Positions 14,017 to 25,805 of a stretch of DNA of 64,000 bases are shown here, in pieces. The notes under the pieces were generated by a model that did no database searches, was not told the origin of the DNA, and saw nothing but the letters and a program-made list of their open reading frames with translations. The stretch is from Marsupella aquatica. Lineage: Eukaryota; Plantae; Marchantiophyta. A program made the position numbers and the translations under genes. Position 1 is the first letter of the stretch, and every line of letters starts with the position of its first letter. Location: NCBI GenBank assembly GCA_973895155.1, contig OZ316894.1, forward strand, positions 10,154,379-10,218,378, written 5' to 3'.

Positions 14017-14720
14017 TTTTAGGGGTGGTTGTGGTGATGGGAACTCAATACTATGATATGTAATATAGGATCAAGAAAATACTACAAGAAGTTTTTGTAT
14101 GAACCATTTTCGGGTGAAAGCCTTTTGTTTCATTTCTTTATAGGGGATTATGGGTGTACGTAGAGGTTTTATTAGTATAACATTATACCTTTTGTTAGGA
14201 TAATATTAAACCCCTTCATTAGGCTAATCTTTGTGTTTGGATTTGATGTGTAGTACCTTGCTTTTGGAGGGGTGGTTAACTTTTTTTGAGGGGGTAGGGA
14301 GGTTTCGATTTTGGACAATGCACTATGCATGAAACCGTGCATCCAGGAGGTATGATGTCCTCTTGCAAGTTTAGGGATGGTTGTGGTGATGAGAACTCAA
14401 TACTATGATATATGATAGACAAAATACTACAAGAAGTTTTTGTACGAACCATTTCTTGGTGAAAGCTATTTGGATCATTTCTTTGGAGGGGTTTATGGGC
14501 TTAGGGTTATGGGGTTTTACTAGGATAAGGTTACACCTTTTCTTAGGATAAGGTTCAACCTCCATATATTAGCTAGGCTAATGGTTGTGTTGGATTTGAT
14601 GCACAGTACCTTGCGTTTGGAGGGGTGGTTCAATGTTTGTGAGGGGGTAGATAGGTTTTGTTTTGGACAATGCACTATGCATAGTGTGAGACCGCGCATC
14701 CAGGAGGTATGATGTCCCCG
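14017..14720. repeat. Diverged ~350-bp tandem duplication between the two divergent CACTA genes
   Basis: TTTAGGG..GGTTGTGGTGATG.GAACTCAATACTATGATATG ... GCATCCAGGAGGTATGATGTCC occurs twice (about 14017-14370 and 14371-14720). Confidence 0.8.
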
Positions 14721-15006
14721 CTTCACGAGCCGCATCATTTACACTTAATTTGTATGTTGGAAATTTTTTATATGTGGTGTGTTCTTCCTACACCCTTTCG
14801 CACTTACAGATTATGTATGCTCATTAGCAAAATGCTCACCCATATATGCAGAGATTTTGGATGTCCCACACCTTGTGTGTAGAAAATACGACACAATAGG
14901 CTGGCAAAGCGCGGGTATCATTGAGGTACAATAGGACTTTTGTATCTCATGCATTAATTAATTCTATTTTGATACTCCAACACTTGTCTTCTTTTATGCA
15001 GCTTAC

Positions 15007-15267
15007 ATGAATTCAGAGTGTACTTCATGCATGCAGATGTCTACTTCTGATAGTTCCACGTCAAATTCAGACTCAGACACAAGCTCGTCTGAGGGGGAGG
15101 TTCCTCCACCCCCTCCTCCAGATCGTCCTCGTGCTCCACTAGGACCCATACCTTGCTGGTGTGTGAGATGTAAGGGACTTGTGGTTCGACATGCGTGGGA
15201 GACTTGTGAGCACATCGAGAACTATGGCCGCCACGAGGGTGATATGCCAGGGTATTTGCCTAGCCAG
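15007..15267 (+). CDS. First coding exon of CACTA transposase (transposase-associated Cys/His domain)
   Basis: IPCWCVRCKG...CEHIENYG resembles the N-terminal CxCxxC...H...G motif of CACTA transposases. Phase-0 donor CAG|GTATAT at 15267/15268. Confidence 0.7.
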
Positions 15268-15405
15268 GTATATATATGTTTATGTCCCCTATTCATTCCA
15301 TATATGCATTCCAATTTAGGGTATTGCTTAATTATCTTGCATTTACATCCTGGCACTACTTAATTTATTGATTTGTGTAAAACCATTGTACGTGTGTTGA
15401 CATAG

Positions 15406-16361
15406 GTGCCTCGTAGGCCCCCACCTCCTTTGGTTCCTGAAGCTGTGTGGTTGGAAGGGTTTCTAGCAAGGGCCAGGAGTTGCTTGCAGTTCCTCCTGCC
15501 CAGATGCCTCTTAGCCCACCTGCTCCTATCCCCACTCCCGTGCCCACACATGAGCATGTAGAGGGGGAACCGGTCTCTCGGCCCGAGGTTGTGACTACTA
15601 GGGTCCTACGTACACGACCACGATCTGGTAGACGTAGACGGCAGTATGGACCACTGGACCAGGTAGACAGACGAGAGGAGGTGTTAGGTACTAGTGATCG
15701 ACCAGCCAGTAACGTAGATTATATTTGCGTTGAGGGCAGGTTTGGACTATCCTATCTCACTGGTAGGGCTGCCGAAGTTTTGAAGGACTTTTCTCCAAGT
15801 CTCTTCAAATTTCCAGATTTTATTCCTACAGATGAACCAGTTCAGATATGGGGTCGCCCTTGGATAGTGAAGGCATCCTCTATTGGTCATGATATAGGAT
15901 ATGGTCTTTTTGCTTTGGAGGATATTGTGGTCCCTCCAAAGCCATGGAGACGTGGTTATGATGGAGAGCATCTCTTTCCTTACATTGGGGCTGTATATAA
16001 CTCCAAGAGTTGGAATATTTTGTTGCGTCAACACCCAAGTTGGGGGGTGTATGCATTGAGGATGGACTCAGACCCGGATGAGGTCTTCACTAGGCCGTGG
16101 CATTGCTGGATGATTGATGGTGACCCTATTCGGAACGGTAATTTAGCAGGGTACATCAATAGTACCACAGGTAGAGATAGAGGTTTGGAGGCTAATGTAG
16201 AGTGGATTCAAATGTTTGGTCCACCTAGACATCCATATTTTGTGAAACATATGGACGACCATATCATGACAGTAGCTGTTAGGACCATTAGAGCTGGTGA
16301 GGAGTTATTGTGTGAGTATGAGTGGGATGCACCAAAATTGTCCTTGCGTTGTCGTCCATGA
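15406..16361 (+). CDS. SET-domain (lysine methyltransferase-like) exon within the CACTA element
   Basis: ORF 15447-16361 has VKASSIGHDIGYGLFALEDI, GNLAGYINST, ANVEW and VAVRTIRAGEELLCEY, matching SET motifs. Acceptor ATAG at 15405; an apparent 2-nt TG slip at about 15445. Confidence 0.8.
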
Positions 16362-16484
16362 TAGTTTCTTGGACTTACATACATGTATATATATATGTCA
16401 ATTTATTTTACATGTTTACATGAGAATGATGTTGTTCAGCAGTGCATGTGTTGATGAGATTAATTAATTGATGTTGTATGATAG

Positions 16485-19400
16485 AATCAATATGTAACGC
16501 CTGATATTGGGGTAATATCACGAGCTATGCGACAACACCTTGTTGAGGCCATGGTGGCCAACCGTGGGCATGAACCACAAAGGCAAGAGGATGGGGTACG
16601 ACATGATGGTGATGATCCTATCCAAGACCATCTTGATGAGGAGAGGGCCATGGATGAGCTCATGGACCAATTCTATGATGATCACGATGACATTGGTTTG
16701 GAGGACATTGGTTCAACCCATGAAAGGACTAGTCATCCACATCCTTCTAGGGGGTCCCAAGACAAGCAATGGGAGGAGGCGCAACGTCATGCCCGTACTC
16801 GCATATTCGAGGGGAGTAGGTTATCTCGGCTCTCATCAATAATGTTGTTGCTCAACTTGCAGCAAAGACATGGGGCAAGCAATCTACTTTTGGATGATGT
16901 TTTCCGTACCTTGCATGATCATATTTTGCCAGTAGGCAATGCATTGCCAGCCTCTTGGAAAGAGGCTAAACAGGTGTTGAGGTCCATTGGCCTGAAGTAT
17001 GAGGTGATACATGCATGTGTGGATGATTGCATTCTTTTTAGGGGTGAGCATGAAAATGCCACTACATGTCCTAAATGTCAGAAGCCACGGTACCGTGATG
17101 ACATGTTGAAGGGGAAGGTACCGCAAAAGGTTATGAGGTACTTTCCTCTTATCCCTCGATTGCGACATCAATTCCGATGTGCAGAGTTGGCTGAGATGAT
17201 GGTATGGCACTCACAAAATCGTTCTGATATGGCTGTACCCTCTAGTGCCATGCGGATGATGGTTGACTCTCCTGCCAATCGATTTGTAGAGGATAGATGG
17301 GGAGAGTTCAAAATTGACCCACGACATGTTCGACTAGGCTTGGCAGCAGACGGTATCAGCCCTTTTGCTTTGACAGGAAAAGCCAAACCATATTCAGTGT
17401 GGCCAGTAGTGTTGACAAACTACAACATCCCTCCTTGGATGGCCATGAAGAAAGGTCACCTACTACTCTCCATGATTATTCCGGGTCCTAAGCAAGTTAA
17501 AAAGATTGATGTGTACTTGCAGCCATTGATTGATGAGTTGATACAACTGTGGAGAGGAGTGGATTGTTATGATGGACGTCACAACACAGGAGGTTTATCC
17601 CGCGTATTTACTCTAAAGGCCATCCTTATGTGGACCATGCATGATTTACCAGGTATGGTAAACCCTTATTTCCTCTAGTACCTAAACCTTGTATTTAATT
17701 GCAATTATGCAGATTTTTGCCTTGATGAACCTTATTTTATGAATGTGTTTTCTATGCACTGGGCAGGGTTTGGATATGTTTCTGGATTGCAAACATCAGG
17801 CTATCGAGCTTGCTCTACATGTGGACCCGATTTGGAGGGGGTGGCCAGGCCCAAGTCAAGTACTCTGCAAAAAATTGTTTACATTGGTCATACTAAATAT
17901 CTTCCACCAGACCATCCTTGGAGGAGTGATCCATTCCTTTATGATACTGATGAGGGCCAACCTGATATTCGTCCTCAACCTCAGCGGAAGGATCCAGCAT
18001 ATTGGAGAGAGGTATGGGGGAGAGTTCAGGATCCGAGTGATCCATTACCATTATTCAGATGTGGCATGACCCGTTTGTCTGCATTGTCACAATTGCCATA
18101 TTGGTCAGATATGCCCATTAATCACTTGTTAGACCCTATGCACATTGAGGGGAATGTGGGGAAATCATTGATTCGCCATCTATATGGGGAGAAAAATAAC
18201 AATTGGAGAGAAAGTTGTGAGGAGATGGGGATGCATGGTCTTTTGGGTTTTTGGCCATCTTTGGACCCCCCTGGTGCTCCCCCTAGCATCCATCCTCCTT
18301 GGGTTTTGACAAGGGCAGAGCGCATTGAGTTTCGCAGACGTATTGGGTTGATGAGGTTTCCCACAGGTTATGGTACCAATCTTCGGAAGGCATTTGGGGG
18401 GGAGGATTCTCCAAAATGGCCATCTTTCTTGAAGACACATGATTATCATCGGTTGCTTGAACATGTTCTTCCAGTTGCTATTATTGGATTGGGTAGTGAG
18501 GAACTTTGTGATGCCCTTTGGTCATTGGGTAAGCTCTTAAGATGGGTATGTCAAAAGGAGGTACAGGAGTCCGATGACATTGCTGCTATGGAGATATTTG
18601 GAGTAGAGGTTGTCTGCAAGTTGGAGAAGGCACTCCCTCCCTCATTCTTTGATGGTCAGGTTCATTTCCTCATACATTTAGTGCACGAGGTTGCAATTGC
18701 AGGCCCAGTATATTGTCGATGGATGTATTGGGTAGAGCGTTATATGGGGGTGATGAAGTCATATGTCTTTAATCGCGCTAGGGTGGAAGGTAGCATTGCG
18801 GAGCGTCATCTTGGAGCAGAGAGTATGTTTTACTGTACAAACATAGTTGCCACACTAGATCCTAGTGCTCCTAGGGGATGGATAGATGAGGCAGCACGAG
18901 AGGCTGACTACGAGGATGATAGACTCACTGGGGCATCTGGAGAGCGTCTCATAGGCTCAGCAGAGCGTTTACAGCTCACAACATTTATGTTGTATAACTC
19001 ACCCGAGGTTGTCGGGGAGTGGACAACATTTTATGAGGAGGAGAAGCAAAACAGTCGACGCCCACGGTTATTTCCCAAGTTTCACCCATACATGAAGGAG
19101 AAGTTGTTAGAAGTGGATGCCCTAGTGGGTACCGGGGAGAGTGTATTACACTACCCAAACATGACAGATAAACTTCGTACCTTGGTTCATGGTCCACTAC
19201 TTATAGTCACGACTCGGACTGCCATGTGGTCAAAGGGGAGACATTTTCGTGTGGAACGACTTGATGAGAAAAGGGCAGCTACACAGGATTGTGGGGTGAT
19301 GGGTTGGTTCACCCAAGATTCCCAGAGTAGCATGTCAGACATGAATCCCATTCGCTCCACCGTGGCCCATTATGGGAAGATTGAGGAGATCCTAACAGTG

Positions 19401-19730
19401 AAGTACCATGCACATACTACTTTGGAGGAAGTGGTATTCAAGTGCAAATGGTTCAAGATGAATCTTGTAGGCCACAATCGTACTTGTGAAGATGATGCAT
19501 GCGGTTTTACTCGTTTGAAGACATCCGCAAATAGTGTCATCAGTTCCAACTGGAGGTCCTCAGATCCCTTTGCCTTCCCACATCACCTTGAGCAATGCTT
19601 TTACCTACCCTATCCCAATGACCCCGAGTGGTCCATTGTCATGCCGTATATTCCCAGATCACGGTCCATAGTCCAAGAGAGACCCAACGTAGTTGTAGTG
19701 GAAGATAGAGACATACCCCCCACGAGTTAG
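16485..19730 (+). CDS. CACTA TnpD/Tnp2-type transposase (exons 16485-17652 and 17767-19730)
   Basis: IHACVDDCILFRG, CPKCQKPRY, RYFPLIPRL, RHVRLGLAADG, YSVWPV, YNIPPW, TMHDLPG|FGYVSG, DPMHIEGNV, LKTHDYH, RWMYWVERYM. GT-AG intron 17653-17766 restores the frame. ORFs are open. Confidence 0.93.
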
Positions 19731-19779
19731 TATAAATTGTAGACCCCACCATCTTCATGTATATTTTTACCGACACTAT

Positions 19780-20460
19780 CTTTTTATCGGCATTCTACGA
19801 TTTTTCTCATTGTCCACAATTTCATGCAGTATACATATCTATTGCTTAAAGTATGCCTCATATCTGAATCCATTAATTCCATGCAACCTATACATTGTAA
19901 AACACTAAAGTCCCATATGTCCCATTCAAATACCATCGGAAATATATCGGACACACATCAGTACTGCCAAAGCCAAAAACCCCTTCCCATCCTCAAAGTA
20001 TCGGATTTTCCGATACTATAACAATCGGAAGCCACTATCCGATACTCCACAGATCGAACACTTAAGCCCGAGGCCGAGGAGGGGTCCGATAGAAATTTCA
20101 ACGGATAATAACCGATACCTCAGCCTTCGCAAATGATTTCCGTTGTAACTAGTATCGCAAAAATATGTCCGATAACACTTGTATCGGTAAATGTCCGAAA
20201 CCAAACCTATCAGAATTAGCTTTCGATACTATTCTTATTGGACGTCTGAAAAACATGTCGGCTCTCAATTTGCGATACAGGATGTTTTGGACATTGTCCG
20301 ATATGATGGGGATTGGATAAGGTTTTCGATACAAAAACTATCGGATAGTAATGTCCGATTTTGGTAGTATCGGAAGTTCCGTAGCTGAGAGTATCGGAAC
20401 TTTTCCGTTGTGTTTAGTATCGGGCGCGTTGAGAAACGCGTGTTTTTAGTATCAGAAAAG
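19780..20460. repeat. CACTA right subterminal repeats (ATCGGA/TCCGAT)
   Basis: Dense ATCGGA/TCCGAT/TATCGG motifs running up to the TIR. Confidence 0.8.
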
Positions 20461-20492
20461 TGCCTAAAATATACTAGTGTCAAGGGGGAGTT

Positions 20493-20836
20493 TGTTAGAT
20501 ATTGCTCTAGTCTTGTGACTCGTGAGCTAACCACAGTTAGGCTAACTCGGGTTAAGACTTAGCTAATGTTAGCGGTAGTGCTGTTGTGTATATTTCCAGG
20601 GCTGGTGCCAGCCCCTGGTGGAACTTAGGCTCATTGTTACGGAGCTAGTTGAGATATAGGGAGAGCTTGCACTGTGGATGCTTGGTATGGCCAGTCGGCC
20701 TAGAGTGCAGTAAAGCTCTTGTGTGTTCCCGTGGACATAGTCTCATGTGGAGGTGAACCACATATCTCTCTGTGTTGACTCTTGTGCGTTGGATAGTTCA
20801 TGGGCTTGCCGTTGCGAATGTCGTCTATGCTCAATA
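20493..20836 (+). repeat. Copia 3' LTR
   Basis: Follows the PPT; terminal CA mutated to TA; followed by TSD GGTAT. Confidence 0.95.
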
Positions 20837-20972
20837 GGTATGAGTCATGACTGTATCGTCATGAAGGAAGACGTCATACTTCAACACAAAAAGACAGTCA
20901 TCTCCTTAATACTTGACAAAATCTATCAATGTTAGGTTCAGTGGAAAGCTAGAGAAATTCAGATACTCATGA

Positions 20973-21302
20973 TGTCACACCATTTAGAGTGGTAGTAAAG
21001 TATATCATACTATCTAGGTATAGAGGTTTTGTATGTGTGCTACATGAGCACTATGTTTAGTTTGAGTTGGTGTGAGGGATAGTTATCCCCTTGTGTTGGC
21101 TCAAAGGCCTCATCTTTCAATGTTGAGCCTTTGAGCATGAGCTTGGTGGCTATGGTGTGGCTGACCAGGTTGTGTGCATGTAACGTGGATTCCTTGAAGC
21201 ACAAGGTGCGTTGGGCTTGACATACATGTGTGATCGCGTCGGATGGGATCGTTGTTAGATTAGCACCGATCGTTGTTCGATTTGCACTATTAAAGAAGAT
21301 TA
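20973..21302 (+). repeat. Terminal repeat segment A1 (330 bp)
   Basis: Near-identical to 58001-58330. Confidence 0.95.
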
Positions 21303-21949
21303 CATTGAAAGATCAGCTTTGAATTCTGATGTACGGATTGTGCAAACAGAAGTTTGATCTTGTTATGGTTTTGTTGTTGACGATTCGTGGTATCTCGAAT
21401 CGGGTTTTATTGTTGAACGGATCACTGGTATCTCGATCTGTTACAAGTTGGTGTTGAGAAAGCTTGAGTGAATGCGGAGCTTTGAGTTGTTGAGTTGCGC
21501 GTTTGGAGTTGCGGTTTGCATCGATCGACATTGCAGCATTTTTGAGGACTGAGTGTGCGGTCGATGACCGGAAGTTGCCATCAATTGTTATGCACGGATT
21601 GCTGAGAGTATTCGTTGTGAAGGCAAGTCGGTCGAACTTGTGATGTTTGCGATTCTGGTTGGGGGATGGTTCCAATCATGAGTCGATAGTTGAAGTAGTA
21701 CGTTGCGGATTTGAGATTCGTCAAGTTGATGTTGACGGACAGTGCATTCCTTCGAAGAAAGTGACGTTGAATGTTGGCGAATTGCATTGCCTGCGATGAC
21801 GTAGCACACCGCGGAGAGGCGATGTAGCGCACCGCGGAGAGGTGAGGTGTGGCGGCAACCTACAGCACAAGGAAAATGACAAAGTTAGTGAATAGTGCTT
21901 TATTCGGGAATTGCGACGGGGTTTTCGCAGCAACAAGGTTGTGAAGGTC

Positions 21950-24900
21950 TTCCACGGAACACTGTTCCGTTGAAAGGGCATATTGGAGATTGGTTGACTG
22001 TGGAACACCGTTCCGTCATGGCAGTTTTGGGAAGATTGGTCTTCCACGGAACACTGTTCCGTCGTGAGTGCATATTGGAGAATGATCGGGTACATATTAC
22101 CATTTTGTCGTGGTAATTGTGGGAAGATTGGTCTTCCATGGAACACTGTTTCGTCGTGGGTGCATATTGAAGATTGGTCTGTGTGGACCGGCTCAATATA
22201 GGGTATGTAAGGAACTTGTCAATTTTTTTGTTGTTTGTACAAGGAATAGTAAGAAAGTTGTTGTAGTGTTAGCAAAGTACTTAGGGTTTGCAACCCTAAG
22301 TCACTAGGGAAGGCTAGTAGGAAATCATGGAAGGGAGAAAATGTGTTGTTCTAAGCAAATGTAAAGGGATAAGTAATGTGATTTTGGTAGGCAGCAAATG
22401 TTCCACCCTTAGTTAGGATAGGCGACTAAGTCGGGACCGGAAAATGACCCGACACCTGACATATTATTTTTGGCTGATATTTCTCCCATGGGTGTTGGGA
22501 GGTCCCTAGGAAACCCTGAAAAAGTATGAAGTCAAGTGGGGTCTCAACCTAGGAGTTGTGAGTATTTTGACAGAAATTAAAATAACCAACTAGCGGGCCC
22601 CACAGAAAATAGCCAAGGGGTAAATTTTGTGGGTTCAAGGTTAGAATTGAGTTTAGTATAGACCATAATATCCCTGGATTGTCTCAGAAATAATTTGTCA
22701 CCTTTTGTTACTTTTTGGGAACACCTCAAAGATTGGGAATAGTAATGCGCTTTAATAGATATGATCAAACTTATGTATTTTTAGAAAAGTCGTTATGGAG
22801 TGTTTAGAGAGTTTGATAAATACAGGAGTGAGTCCTATGTCCAAGGATTCCAGAAATGTGCTCAAAAGTACATTTGGACATTTGAGTGAATTATGGCATG
22901 GCCTTCAAGAGGGGCCAGTATAACTATTTCTCCTGAGAGGAAAACGAAATTTTTCCAAGTGTCAAAACACGTCGACGCGGCTGCGACCAGACTAGCACGA
23001 GGTCAGGCAAGCACGACATGGGCAGAAATGCACGAGGTGGGCTAATTGAAGGGCTGGTGCTCATCAAAATAGGCCACTCTTGATCTGAATAGACAGGTGC
23101 GGGATTGAATTGAGCTAGCTGCTGCTGAGAAGGACTTGACCCAGTTGCTACTGTGAAATTGAATTGTGAGCTATGGCTGCTGATTGGAATAGGGAGGCTA
23201 GCTTTTAATTGGGAAGGTTGCTTGCTGCTATGGCAGTGGCACAATAGATTAGAGGTGCTGCTATTAATTAGGCATGAGATGCTCACGAGAATTGGCTGGC
23301 TGCTGCCTTGATGCTGCTGAATTGATGGATGCTACTGCTAGTTGTGAAATTGCAGAGGTGGGCAGCTACGAAATTGAGAAGAGAGACCTGCTTGGCTAAG
23401 TGATTGGAATAGAGCTAGTTGTTGAGAAGGAATCAAGCTATGGCTGCTGCTGCTGTGCTTTGAATCAGTTGCTATGCTTCGAATCTGCTGCTGTGCTGCA
23501 AGCTGCGAATTGGTGGGCTATGGCTGCTGCAAAATTCTGCTGCGATTTTGAATCACTTGCAAGGCTGGATGGCTATGGAGGTGGACTGAGAAGGGTGCTG
23601 TAGACCTGGCTGAGCTATCAATTGACCTGCTGTCATTCGATCCAATAGAGAATGCTGCCGTTTCAGATTGAATTCAAGAGAGGGGAAAATGCTGCAAAAA
23701 TTGGTGTCCTTATCAATCTTTTTCATAAGAAACGTGAGTATAATGAGAGTACTCTCCCCTCATGACACGTGGAATCCCCATAAGGGGCGTGTAAGGTTCA
23801 AGTGTAATCGGGTCGCTGCTTACACCCGCTTTATACCAAAAACAGGCCTTGGGAGAATGAACATAACTTTGGCTAGGGGTATCCGTTGGGGCCCAAATGT
23901 TTTTGTGCTGAGTTGGGGGAAGGTAAGGCACCCCTTGGTGAAGGTGGAAACCCAGAAAAATAATCACTCAAATATATTTTTAGTGGAGGCCACGAGGGGG
24001 TCCCCATAGCTTGCAAACGGGAGTCGGCATGGAGGAAGTAAGACCAGGTTTTTAGGCCGACACTTCTTGCACCCGTGTCACCCAAGTTAGGATACATGGA
24101 GAAGAGAGTACCTCAGGGTAAAGGTGCAAGGCCGTTAGGGTAAGGAAAGTAAGTTGATAGGTCGGGGTAGTAAATAAGAACTAGTAAATAAGGAGCCAAC
24201 TTTGACATGACACAACTTGAGACTCACTCACTCTTTTTGCGAGCTTTCAAGTGGGTTGGGAAGCTGGTGAGGAGGACCATAAGTGAGAGCAGGTTTGGAG
24301 GTCAAAGCATGCAACTCATGTGTGGCATATTCCAGGGCTTGGAAGGAGTCAAGCAATAGGTTGTAGAGTGAGCTACAAACTATAGAGTTGGACTTTGTGT
24401 GTTAGGAGGACTTGGGGGAGGAGTAGTTGGACCCCAGGTCAAGCTTGGTATGGTGTGGAAGGAGAATAGTATATATGGAGAAAGTTTTCCTTTGTTAGGG
24501 ACCGGGAGTCTCATCTCTTAAGTGGAATCTCTACCTTGCCAAGGTAGGGCTAAGCTTGAGAAGGGAGAGGTGGTCCATGCTTAGTGTGGAGAATGTGTAG
24601 TGAACTTTTGTTGTAAAGGTGATACAATAAAAGGGGACTTGTCAATCTTCATTGTGACCATTAAGTGTGAGTGCATTTAAAGTATATGAGAACAAGAGAA
24701 GAATCCATGCTATGATGTAATCTTGGTCTAAGCTCAAAGGGGATGTGCTAGTACAAAACCAAGGCCAAGGAGACAAGGTTAAGGTAGAGCACTACTTTGA
24801 GACTTAGAAAGGATTATAGCTTGAGGCTAGAAAGTATTTTGCTTGGTGTGTGGTGTTAACAAGAAGTAAGAACAAGAGGAAGAGTCCTTAGATAGAGGCG

Positions 24901-25570
24901 CATTCTCTAGAGCTCAAAGGGGATGTGTGGACCCAAACCAAGGCCAGGGGGGCAAGGTTAAGGGGTAACACTACTTTGAGGGTCTTGAGGAGACTTAAGC
25001 TAGAAGAGGAAAGTACTTTGGGTTCTTGGGTGTTTGTGTGAGAATCTACTCTAAGGTGACAGCTTGGAGCGGAGATCCCCCTTGCTGATCTTTGGAGTAG
25101 AGGAGAGGGGAAGGGTGTGAGTACAAAAGTAGTCAAGGGGACTACCTCTCTAGAAGTGGAGAGTTGAAACTACTTATGTATGGACTGATTAGACATTGTA
25201 GACACATTTCAGAAGTTTTGTCAATCCTTTGTGACCCTGGTATGATATGGAGCAGGTATTAGGTAGTCTTTTGGGGAGAAAAGCCGCTTAAGCTCCTTGA
25301 CAAGTGTTTGACAGTCTGCCCCAGCACACGTCTCGTCTGCGTTGTGAACAAGGGTTGGTTGCGGAACACTGTCCCGCAACTAGACAGCTCACGGAACACT
25401 GTTCCGCCAATTAGCTTGGCTATTGATGATGGAGGGTTGCAGAACACTGTCCCGCAACTAAGTAGTTTATGGAACACCATTCCGTCAATTGTCTTGGAGA
25501 TTGGTGGTGGTGCATTACGGAACACCATTCCGCAATTGAGTGATGGGTATCCGCGAAATACCGTTCCACC
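21950..25570. repeat. Dispersed palindromic motif CGGAACA-C-TGTTCCG, about 10 copies in the DNMT-Gypsy leader (21950-22155 and 25360-25570)
   Basis: Perfect and variant copies on both sides of the 22206-25302 insertion. Confidence 0.8.
22206..25302 (+). mobile_element. Probable ~3.1-kb solo/truncated LTR of another family
   Basis: Starts TGTAAGGA and ends TCCTTGACA (imperfect inverted termini). Non-coding, with an internal duplication at about 24730-25030. It interrupts the palindrome array. No TSD (GGGTA vs AGTGT). Confidence 0.6.
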
Positions 25571-25805
25571 AATCGGTTGATTATTGATAGTGGTGAGTTG
25601 ATGGTGACCATTTAGGGAAAATTGGTCATCACGGAGTCCTCTGGTAATACATGGGGCTACCCGAGGGACGACGGTCTGGTTTCACTCGGAGTGGAGTGCA
25701 ATTTTGGCCGACGATATTGTTAGTGATCACAAGTAGGGTTTTAGATAGTGATTCTGACGAGGACTTAGTAGCCACTTCTCCTCGACATCAAGTGACTGTT
25801 CCATT

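Larger units (their letters stand above)
10122..20479 (+). mobile_element. CACTA (En/Spm) DNA transposon, 10.36 kb
   Basis: Termini CACTAGTACATTTT / AAAATATACTAGTG, 3-bp TSD TCA (10119-10121, 20480-20482), ATCGGA/TCCGAT subterminal repeats and a TnpD-type transposase. Inserted directly before the Copia PPT. Confidence 0.96.
4620..20836 (+). mobile_element. Ty1/Copia LTR retrotransposon, defective, with nested insertions
   Basis: 344-bp LTRs at 4620-4963 and 20493-20836. TSD GGTAT (4615-4619, 20837-20841). Met-tRNA PBS, PPT AAGGGGGAG at 20482-20490, and gag-PR-IN-RT-RH order. Confidence 0.95.
4332..20886 (+). mobile_element. Old solo LTR split in two (4332-4619 and 20837-20886) by the Copia insertion
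   Basis: Starts TGTTAAGG and ends TTCAACA. Flanked by 5-bp TSD CAAAA (4327-4331 and 20887-20891). Distantly similar to the Copia LTRs. Confidence 0.8.
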
